Shown piece after piece: positions 50,925 to 64,000 of a stretch of DNA of 64,000 nucleotides. The stretch comes from a virus. The stretch covers positions 21,414-85,413 of the IMG/VR virus record IMGVR_UViG_3300004481_000333. One strand, written 5' to 3'. Under the pieces are notes generated by a model. The model was not told the origin of the DNA. It searched no databases and was given only the letters and a program-made list of their open reading frames with translations. The translations under genes and the position numbers were made by a program. How positions within the stretch are numbered: position 1 is the first letter of the stretch; the number at the start of each line of letters is the position of its first letter.

Positions 50925-52994
50925 ATGACCGAGATCGATCAGCGCTTTCAGCGCGACCTGGAGGAGTACCGCAGGCTGCAGACCGGGATGTTCCCTGTCA
51001 CGGAAGAGCAACGGGTACTGTACGATGACAATGCATCAGCGGGGATCTCGGATCCCCACTACTTCTACCAGGATCTTTGGGCAGCCAGTAAGATCTACTG
51101 TCACGATCCGGAACGGCATGTCGACATCGGATCACGCCTGGACGGCTTCATTGCCCATCTGCTGGTTTTCACGTCAGTGGAGGTCGTGGACATCCGGCCT
51201 TTGGAACTCCGGATTCCGTGGCTGACGTTCCATCAGGAAGACGCCACAGAATTGGCAGGCTTTGCCGATAATTCGGTGAAGTCGTTGTCGTGTCTCCACG
51301 CTCTGGAGCACTTCGGACTTGGACGCTATGGGGACCCGATCGATCCAGATGCTTGGCACAAGGCCCTGCGTGCCATGGCTCGAGTGTTGGCCCCCGGGGG
51401 TCGGCTGTACCTGTCGGTCCCGGTGGGTCGCGAGCGAGTGATCTTCAACGCGCACCGCGTGTTCTCGCCAGCGACGATGGCGATAGACGCAGCTTTGAAA
51501 GGCCTGAAACTGCACTCGTTCTCGCTTGTGGATGATCAGGGCAGGTTTCACGAGGACGTCAAGCCGGAGATGGGGTGTGGTCTGGAGTACGGCTGCGGCA
51601 TGTTCGAGTTCCGCAAGTCGGACTATCTGGCCAAGGTAGACGCCATGCTGGCCGCAACGGGCACTGCCGAGAACAATAGTCCGTTGGAGCAAGAAGGGAA
51701 GTTCAAGGTCCTGTGCGACGTCGCGGAACGTTGCGGCGCCCGTGCTTTAGTTGAGGTTGGGACGTACAAGGGGGACATGGCGCGCCGATGTGCCGACGTC
51801 TTTTGCCGAGTCTGGACAACCGAGATGGATCCATCTTTGGCGCAGGAGGCCAAGCAGTCACTAGTGCACTGGCCAAACATTACGGCTTACGGGAGCGACG
51901 GGCGAAAGTGGCTTCCAAAGATGTTCTCGCAGGACGAGAAACTCTCTGACGTCTTGGTCTACCTGGATGGCCACTACTCGGGACCCGGCACGGCGCGGGG
52001 CGATGTCCCGGAGCCAGCGGTCCAGGAGCTGGACATCTTGCTGCCTTTCACCGATCGGATCGCCGCCATCGTGGTGGACGATTTCCGATGCTTCGGAGTG
52101 GAGCCTGGATTCCCTAGCCGGGCGGAATTGCTGGAACACGCGCGGCAGTTCGAGAGCCGAGGGTTCACGTGCACGGTCGAGCATGACCAAGTGCTGATCC
52201 AGCGGGTGGATAGGCCCAATCCAGTTGCGATCGAGTCGACGGATCAGGACTGCGACCCTGCGTGGAAGGCACACTCGGACGATATGCTGAGTCGCATCGC
52301 GACCGAGGGACCAGAGAACTTCATGTCGTGGTATTCGGTCAAGCGCACCATGCTGGACCGGGACGAGACCGAGACTCGGAAGGAACTAGAATATATCGAG
52401 AAGCGCTGCGTCGAAGGTGACTTGCGATTGTTGGAGGAACTTCACGGGTTGAAGCCTCCTCCTTGCCCTTTTTTTCCTAGTAGTTCATCCAATCAGATCC
52501 ATCACGCATATCACGTGGCTCGATTCGAGGACGTGACAACAACGCTGGTCGCCGAATACCCCGATGTTCTGGAGTTCGGTGGTGGATATGGTTCCATGTG
52601 CCGGCTGTTGCGTCGTCTTGGACACCGGGGACGTTATCAGGTCTTCGACCTACCGGGACCCGCAGCGCTGCAGAGGTACTACCTTGGGCAGCTGGGATGG
52701 TCGTTCGAAAGTGTGACGGATCTGGATGCACTGAAGCCGACAGATCCGGGTGGACTCTTCATCGCCACCTGGTCTCTGAGTGAGGTACCGATTGCGTTCC
52801 GGCGCCGCCTGTTGGAGAAAGTGCGTGGATTTAGCGGGTTCCTGATCGCTTACCAGCGGCAGTTCAAGAACCTCGACAACCTGGAGTCCTTCGCCGAATG
52901 GCGTGCCGCATTCCCAGATGTCGAGTGGTTCGACTTGCCTATCCCGCACTCTCCCGGGAACCGGCACCTGTTCGGTCGTGGGAGGGTATCATGA
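50925..52994 (+). CDS. triple SAM-methyltransferase fusion (DUF268 + class I MT + putative sugar O-MT)
   Basis: DIGSRLDGF/EHFGLGRYGDPID; VEVGTYKG/YLDGHYSG; LEFGGGYG/FIATWSLSE. Confidence 0.85.
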   Translation: MTEIDQRFQRDLEEYRRLQTGMFPVTEEQRVLYDDNASAGISDPHYFYQDLWAASKIYCHDPERHVDIGSRLDGFIAHLLVFTSVEVVDIRPLELRIPWLTFHQEDATELAGFADNSVKSLSCLHALEHFGLGRYGDPIDPDAWHKALRAMARVLAPGGRLYLSVPVGRERVIFNAHRVFSPATMAIDAALKGLKLHSFSLVDDQGRFHEDVKPEMGCGLEYGCGMFEFRKSDYLAKVDAMLAATGTAENNSPLEQEGKFKVLCDVAERCGARALVEVGTYKGDMARRCADVFCRVWTTEMDPSLAQEAKQSLVHWPNITAYGSDGRKWLPKMFSQDEKLSDVLVYLDGHYSGPGTARGDVPEPAVQELDILLPFTDRIAAIVVDDFRCFGVEPGFPSRAELLEHARQFESRGFTCTVEHDQVLIQRVDRPNPVAIESTDQDCDPAWKAHSDDMLSRIATEGPENFMSWYSVKRTMLDRDETETRKELEYIEKRCVEGDLRLLEELHGLKPPPCPFFPSSSSNQIHHAYHVARFEDVTTTLVAEYPDVLEFGGGYGSMCRLLRRLGHRGRYQVFDLPGPAALQRYYLGQLGWSFESVTDLDALKPTDPGGLFIATWSLSEVPIAFRRRLLEKVRGFSGFLIAYQRQFKNLDNLESFAEWRAAFPDVEWFDLPIPHSPGNRHLFGRGRVS

Positions 52995-55750
52995 AGGACT
53001 TGCTGGTGCTGTGCTTCAGCCGGGACCGGGCGTTCCAGCTGGATGGACTCCTTCGTTCCTACCGTCTGCATTGCGGAGCCGATGCGCCCCCCGTGACGGT
53101 CCTGTTCCGGTGCTCAGATGCGCGTAGCCGCGCGCAGTACCGGACGGTTGAATCCGAGAATCCAGGACACGTATGGCTCGAGGAGACGGATTTCGGTCAG
53201 CAACTTGCGGGGCTTCTGTCCACTGCCAAGCACGTCCTGTTCCTGGTGGACGATTCGTTGTTCGTTCGTGATGTGGATTTATCACTGGCAGTCGATCTGC
53301 TGGTCTACCAAGACATCCTAGGGGTATCGTTGCGACTCGGGCTGAACTGCCAAGTCTGTTACCCACTAGGAGATCGGGCTCAGTCGACTCCCAAGATTCA
53401 GAGACGCCTACGCGGTTCGATCTGGTACGAATGGTGCAACGCTGAGCTAGACTGGGGATACCCGCTGGAGGTTAGCTCGTCCATCTACAGGACAGAGACC
53501 ATCATCAAGACATTCGGGTCTCGGGATAGAGGTGATGGGTTCTGGCTCGGTACTCCGCGTCCTCCGCGGAACCCAAACAAGCTAGAGATTCAGCTGTCCA
53601 ATGCGGCGACGAGGTTCGTGCAGCAGTACCCACTGCTGGCCTGTCCCGAGCAGTCCGCGTGCTTTGCCATCCCGTGGAATCGTGTGGCGGATGAGTGCCA
53701 GAACAATCGGGCAGCGACGGGCAACGACACGTCGGCGCAGGCGCTGGCTGACCGGTACGAGCGCGGAGAGCGTCTGGATGTCGAGTCCTACAGCGGGACG
53801 GTCCCGAGATCGTGCCACCAGGAGATGGATCTTAGGGTTCTACCGAAGGCTACGGATCCCATCGAGCCGAAGATGACGCAAACTTCTGACCGTTGTCCAA
53901 TAGTGGTTGTCAGCACTGCCCGGCATGTCCACGAATGGACGGAACGCTGCTTGGAGTCGGTCGCGACCCAGACCGTGAAGGTGCGGCACATCTACGTCAC
54001 GGACGACGCTGATGACACATACAGCCAGCGCCGCTGGCTACACGTTGACATGCCGATTGGTGCCGGGTCCCAGATCGAGAACCTGATCTCAACTATCTAC
54101 TCACTATCGCCCGAGACCATCGTGGTCTGGCTAGACGGTGACGACTTTTTGGTCCGTCCCGATGCCCTGGAGATCGTGGCAAAGGCCTACCAGGACCCCA
54201 ACGTCTGGATGACTTACGGACAGTTCCGATGGCCCTCTGGAGAGGTGGGGTGTTGTGCGGAGTATCCGTCTGGGGTCGTGGAATCGAACACGTACCGCCA
54301 ATGGTACTGGTTGGCATCGATCCTCAGGACGTTCAAGGCAGGACTGTTCCAGCAGCTGGACCGCGCGTACCTGCGGTCCACCAACGGGTCGTGTGTGGAT
54401 CAGCTCATCATGCTGCCTCTGCTGGAGCTCGCGGGTGGACGGCACCGATTCATTGGGCAGGTGTTGGCCGAGTACAACACCCACCACATGGATGAGATGG
54501 ACAACGCTGAGAAGCTGAGGGAGAGCCAGGAGCTGAAGCGCATCCGGTCCATGCCGCCCCTGAAGCGGCTGGAGTCGTGCCCATGGGAGGCACAGGAACC
54601 CCAGAAGGCGAGTGGCCCCATCGAACTTGTAGAGAAGCCCCGACATCGACTCGTGCTCAACATGATCGTCAAGGACGAGTCGGCCGTGATCCGCCGGTGT
54701 CTCGAGTCCTGCAAGCCACTCATCGACTCGTGGTGCATCGTCGACACGGGATCGACGGACGGGACGCAAGACATGGTCCGGGACATCATGGCGGGAATCC
54801 CGGGTGAACTGTACGAGCGTCCCTGGCGTGACTACGGACACAACCGCACCGAGGCGCTGAACCTCGCGCGTCCCTGGTCGGACCACGTGCTCCTCATGGA
54901 CGCGGACCATGTGCTGGATGCCTTCGGTGACATGTCGGAGATCCATCCAGGTGTTGACGAGTACATGATCTGGATCAAAAACGGGGGGTCGCGCTACAAG
55001 CTCCCCCGCATCGTGCGCTCCGATCGACCATCGCTGTTCGATGGCGCTACGCACGAGGCGCTCGTGTACGACGGCATACAGCAGATCCGCAAGCACCTAC
55101 CGTTCGAACGCTGGCAGATCCGAGAGTACGTGGATGGTAAGCGCCACTCGAGTGGAGACAAATACGCGCACGACATATACCTTTTGACCAGACAGCTCCG
55201 GGAACGTCCGGGGGACCATCGGACCATGTTTTACCTGGCCCAGAGCTACCGGGACGCCGGAATGCCGAAGGTCGCGCTGGAGTGGTACCGCAAGCGCGTG
55301 GAGGCTGGGGGCTGGGAAGAAGAGGTTTGGGTCGCGCAGTTCCAGATCGGAAATCTGGAGGAGCACCACGGCACGTGGGCTGCGGCCGCCGAGGCGTTCC
55401 TGAAGGCCTACCAGATGCGCCCAAGCCGAGCCGAATCCCTGTACCGTCTTGCCCTGCACTACCGATGTGCGCTTGAGTACTGGACGGCCTACATGTTCGC
55501 CAAAGCGGCGTCTGTGATCCCTATGACTGAGGACTCGTTGTGCGTAGAAGCTGAAGTCTACGAGTGGAAAGCGTTGGACGAGCTGGCGATCTGCACCTTC
55601 TGGATCGGGAAGTACCGGGAAGGATACGACATCAACCAACGACTTCTGGCATCGGGACTCGTGCCAGAACGAGATCGCGCACACATCGAAGAGAATCAGC
55701 GCCACCTTGCAGCAAAGTTGGGGCTGCAAGAGAAGGACGCCGCGGAGTAG
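52991..55750 (+). CDS. multi-domain glycosyltransferase (GT-A-like + GT2 + GT2-TPR)
   Basis: FSRDRAFQL/FLVDD; WLDGDD/WMTYG; LNMIVKDE/DTGSTDGT/MDAD/FYLAQSY. Confidence 0.9.
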   Translation: MKDLLVLCFSRDRAFQLDGLLRSYRLHCGADAPPVTVLFRCSDARSRAQYRTVESENPGHVWLEETDFGQQLAGLLSTAKHVLFLVDDSLFVRDVDLSLAVDLLVYQDILGVSLRLGLNCQVCYPLGDRAQSTPKIQRRLRGSIWYEWCNAELDWGYPLEVSSSIYRTETIIKTFGSRDRGDGFWLGTPRPPRNPNKLEIQLSNAATRFVQQYPLLACPEQSACFAIPWNRVADECQNNRAATGNDTSAQALADRYERGERLDVESYSGTVPRSCHQEMDLRVLPKATDPIEPKMTQTSDRCPIVVVSTARHVHEWTERCLESVATQTVKVRHIYVTDDADDTYSQRRWLHVDMPIGAGSQIENLISTIYSLSPETIVVWLDGDDFLVRPDALEIVAKAYQDPNVWMTYGQFRWPSGEVGCCAEYPSGVVESNTYRQWYWLASILRTFKAGLFQQLDRAYLRSTNGSCVDQLIMLPLLELAGGRHRFIGQVLAEYNTHHMDEMDNAEKLRESQELKRIRSMPPLKRLESCPWEAQEPQKASGPIELVEKPRHRLVLNMIVKDESAVIRRCLESCKPLIDSWCIVDTGSTDGTQDMVRDIMAGIPGELYERPWRDYGHNRTEALNLARPWSDHVLLMDADHVLDAFGDMSEIHPGVDEYMIWIKNGGSRYKLPRIVRSDRPSLFDGATHEALVYDGIQQIRKHLPFERWQIREYVDGKRHSSGDKYAHDIYLLTRQLRERPGDHRTMFYLAQSYRDAGMPKVALEWYRKRVEAGGWEEEVWVAQFQIGNLEEHHGTWAAAAEAFLKAYQMRPSRAESLYRLALHYRCALEYWTAYMFAKAASVIPMTEDSLCVEAEVYEWKALDELAICTFWIGKYREGYDINQRLLASGLVPERDRAHIEENQRHLAAKLGLQEKDAAE

Positions 55751-55754
55751 ACGT

Positions 55755-56189
55755 ATGCCGGGTTTGAGTCTGAAGATAGGACTAGAATTGTCCCGAGGTC
55801 GCGCGAGTCGACCCTATGGCACGATCGATGTCCCGTCGTCCGGGTTTGCGTGGACCGTTGGTGATGTTGTGACGATCTCGGGCACGTGCGAGGCCGTCGC
55901 GCCTGCCACGGTGGCGGACGTGGAAGTCAGGATCCGTGGCAACGCCATCGCGGAGTCGACTGTCTTGGGCCCCGGCGGCTGGACGGTAGACCACACGGTG
56001 GTGGAAGCTGACGAGTACGCAATAGCAGTCCTGACGGCCCACATCACGGACAGCGAGGGGCGTGCGGCAGACACGCTGCCCATCACGGGCATCATCTACC
56101 CCGTGGATGGCGATGGATACACGTATTTCTACGACTCAGCGACTGGAGAGTTTCTGGTCGATTCGGGCGAGTTCGTGATCGAGCCGTAG
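55755..56189 (+). CDS. Ig-like virion protein
   Basis: VTISGTC, WTV, LTAHITDSEG. Confidence 0.55.
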   Translation: MPGLSLKIGLELSRGRASRPYGTIDVPSSGFAWTVGDVVTISGTCEAVAPATVADVEVRIRGNAIAESTVLGPGGWTVDHTVVEADEYAIAVLTAHITDSEGRAADTLPITGIIYPVDGDGYTYFYDSATGEFLVDSGEFVIEP

Positions 56190-56216
56190 CTCGCGATCAC
56201 GATCCACAACAACTAG

Positions 56217-61554
<5,338 letters not shown>

Positions 61555-61558
<4 letters not shown>

Positions 61559-61983
61559 AAACTATCTATGTCGGTAGTGTCACGCAGTCCCAGTGCGTTG
61601 CCTTAGTGCAGGCTGCGATCGATATTGAGGGGGGTCCATGGCAGGGGATTCACGTAGGTTTCGGTCGTCATGTTCCGATGGCCGCTACCGTTACCGAGAA
61701 TGACATTGCCAAGGGTTCCCGGGGGTGCATCGGATGGACCTATGTCGGGCCACAGCACGGTGTGATCAACCTGACCGCCACGTTAGAAGCGAGACTCACC
61801 GGACCCGTCATCGAACCGCTACCCGGAGGAGGCCAGAATATCGTGGACTACACGGTGTTGGTGCGTTCTCCAGAAGTGCTGACTGCAGCACGTGAGGCAG
61901 TCGCAAAAGCTGTCGCGGTTTTGGATGTCGACGAAGTCGCAGTGACTGTAAATGGAGAAGAGGTGACCATTGGAACTACGTGA
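61555..61983 (+). CDS. hypothetical protein (possible fibre chaperone)
   Basis: GTGA-coupled ORF. Confidence 0.55.
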
Positions 61984-62170
61984 GACTTGCTCCGCCCAGA
62001 CGTTCACCGACGGCGCACTGGCTGCCCATGGACACCCGCTATCTAGGGCCAGTTCGTCCGAATCAGCCGGTACTTCTGATGGAACCGTGTCTCAGCCGAC
62101 ATTTAATGGCGCAAACCATGACAACATATCCCCCTATTGGGTCGTCTATTTCGGGAGTCGAACAGCATGA
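61970..62170 (+). pseudogene. orphan C-terminal fragment of a tail fibre/collar gene
   Basis: AHGH...SQPTFNG..HDNISPYWVVYF..RTA. Confidence 0.5.
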
Positions 62171-62730
62171 CTATCGACGACCACACCAAGCCCGACGCGC
62201 CTTACCCCAAGCGGTCCCTGTCGCCGTCCGGAATGCCGCGCGTGTTCGCGCCAGTGACACCCGAGCAGGAGGCGGAGCACCCTAAGATGCTGGACGCGGA
62301 TGACGATGACAGCACATGGGGGCAGATTCCCAGGCCACCGCTGCACGTTGACAGTCTGCGTCCCGACGGGGACAACGGCCTCCACTGGCAGGTGTGGCGC
62401 ACCGTGGAGGGGCTGTGCCTCGACATCAAGCGCCTGGTCCACAGGTCTGAGGAACGGAGCCGTACCGCCACCGAGATGCTTGAGGCTCGAAACGCGCAGG
62501 AGCACCTGACCATCCAGGCCGACGTGGCGAAGATCCGGGAGACTGTGGGGGGACGGGTCCATCGGTTCGTCGCGTTTTCCAGCGCGACCGCTTTGCTGAT
62601 CGGTGCCCTGACGGGGCTCGTGGTCGCGATCTCGCAGATCGCGAAGTGCGAATCAGAGCAGCAACCCCATCGAGCACTGGACCGAATGCCCGGTCGGGCG
62701 GAACTTGCCGGGGGACGCGCGACACGCTAG
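62167..62730 (+). CDS. membrane protein
   Basis: GGAG RBS; one C-terminal TM segment. Confidence 0.55.
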   Translation: MTIDDHTKPDAPYPKRSLSPSGMPRVFAPVTPEQEAEHPKMLDADDDDSTWGQIPRPPLHVDSLRPDGDNGLHWQVWRTVEGLCLDIKRLVHRSEERSRTATEMLEARNAQEHLTIQADVAKIRETVGGRVHRFVAFSSATALLIGALTGLVVAISQIAKCESEQQPHRALDRMPGRAELAGGRATR

Positions 62731-62739
62731 GGTCGCGAC

Positions 62740-63270
62740 ATGACACTCGAGCAAGCACTGCTGGCGTTACTGCTGGCTCAGCCGGCGTACCATGTCGAGA
62801 TCCCAGACCAGACGCGTCAGGATCGCCTGGAGGCGGTGGCGCACGAGTTATCGGCACTTCCGCAGACCGTCGCGGTCGCGCTGGCGGTCCAGGGCTACGC
62901 CGAAAGCGGGTGGGCCCGGTACGTGGCGGAAGGATGTACCGAGATCCCGAAGGGGTCCCCCGACTGCGACAAGGGGCGAGCTCGAGGTTACTGGCAGTTG
63001 TGGCGCAACACGTGCCCCTCCGCCTATGAGTACGCCGCTGGAACCCGAGAGAGTCTCCACGAGGAGGTCTCGTGTGCGGCCCGAATTTGGAACTCAAGTG
63101 CGCGCCGGTGTTCCGCCATGCGTGGCATCCCGGAGGCTCAGGGCGGATTTGCCGCGTTCTCCGGGTCGTGCGTGGCCCGCAGCTCGGAACGCCGCGCAAC
63201 GGCCTACAGGTCCGCGTTGGCGCGGCTGGAACGCATCCGGTCTCGCCCGGTCGCGAGGGTCGAGCCATGA
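62740..63270 (+). CDS. lysozyme-like/lytic transglycosylase with signal anchor
   Basis: YAESG...DKGRARGYWQL. Confidence 0.65.
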   Translation: MTLEQALLALLLAQPAYHVEIPDQTRQDRLEAVAHELSALPQTVAVALAVQGYAESGWARYVAEGCTEIPKGSPDCDKGRARGYWQLWRNTCPSAYEYAAGTRESLHEEVSCAARIWNSSARRCSAMRGIPEAQGGFAAFSGSCVARSSERRATAYRSALARLERIRSRPVARVEP

Positions 63271-63364
63271 CGGCGCGCTCGCCCTGGGCCGAGCTTGCGG
63301 CAATCTCATGGGGCACGGCCCTTGGGGCCGTGGGTTACTGGCTGATCGCGTGGCTCGTGTGGGG

Positions 63365-63556
63365 ATGATGTCTTCAAGACCAATCCGACCCCCCGAGGCC
63401 CAGCAGAAACGCCACGCCTGCCTGCTGTGCCAGCACGAGTGGGTGGGCCCCGCAGTGACAGTCTGTCCCGCCTGCGGGCGCCACGCTGTCAGGTGGCTTG
63501 AGTCCGGAGAGTGGCTGCGGGCGAGCTACCAGGGCGATACAGTCAGAAAACCCTAG
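63365..63556 (+). CDS. small zinc-ribbon protein
   Basis: CLLCQHEW...CPACG. Confidence 0.6.
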   Translation: MMSSRPIRPPEAQQKRHACLLCQHEWVGPAVTVCPACGRHAVRWLESGEWLRASYQGDTVRKP

Positions 63557-63599
63557 GCTGCCGAAGTCCGGCGACTGGCCGTGGCCTGTACCCACGGCA

Positions 63600-63831
63600 G
63601 GCAGGCTCGACCCCTGCCGGCAGCTCCGCGCCAACACGTTGTGCCGCCCGCCCCCCTGGTGTGCACCGTGTTGGCGCGCCTTACTCTATGGGGCCTGGGC
63701 TTCGCTTCCTAGCCCAGGCGGCCATGCTGGACCCGGACCAGTCCCCATTGAGGACCCGGGCGTCGATGTCCCCCGTTCGCTTCGGCTAGCGGGGGGCTTC
63801 GGCGTTTTGTGTCGACAGACCCAATGCGTAC
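63600..63831 (+). ncRNA. putative structured RNA next to array B (tracr-like candidate)
   Basis: Stems 63627-38/63667-78, 63693-701/63711-19, 63759-63806 with G-U pairs and cUUCGg loop; repeat-complementary segments. Confidence 0.5.
63759..63810 (+). terminator. intrinsic terminator-like hairpin
   Basis: Long GC stem, cUUCGg loop, then GTTTTGT. Confidence 0.6.
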
Positions 63832-63836
63832 CTACG

Positions 63837-64000
63837 CCTCCAATCACGTTGCACTTGCATCTCCGTTGACACCTCGAAACCAAGCTGGGAAGGTCTTGGC
63901 CGGCCTCAACCTCCAATCACGTTGCACTTGCGTCTCCGTTGACACACGGGACTTGCGAGGCCATCCGACAGAGGGTCGAACCTCCAATCACGTTGCACAC
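63837..64000. CRISPR. mini CRISPR array B: 36-bp repeats, spacers 37 and 35 bp, runs off window
   Basis: CCTCCAATCACGTTGCACTTGC(A/G)TCTCCGTTGACAC at 63837-72 and 63910-45; third copy from 63981 diverges after 18 nt. Confidence 0.85.

Overview
GC-rich temperate- or lytic-type contractile-tailed phage (myovirus) segment; a Myxococcota host is inferred only weakly, from Cys/Gly-rich lipoproteins. Layout: (i) 1-10.1 kb early/accessory genes, including a minus-strand block of small ORFs, DUF488, DUF559 and HTH proteins; (ii) 10.1-46 kb one + strand late operon: two C-terminal LGG(A/S)G peptides, PAPS-reductase-like and ParB-like genes, terminases, a heme-less bacterioferritin, portal, minor head, scaffold, capsid, neck with an embedded GT2-TPR gene, sheath, tube, frameshifted chaperone, tape measure, two baseplate-J paralogs and fibres; (iii) 46-50.8 kb lysis/lipoprotein region with chimeric duplications; (iv) 50.9-63.6 kb fused methyltransferases and glycosyltransferases next to a giant Gly-Thr-Thr collagen-like fibre. 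No integrase, replication or cas gene is recognisable. Best leads: two related but distinct cas-less mini CRISPR arrays (1027-1207; 63837-64000), each abutting a structured RNA-like region with repeat complementarity; the peptide-PP-loop-ParB module; and a probable fibre glycosylation system. All protein calls are by eye from motifs and synteny; no searches were run.
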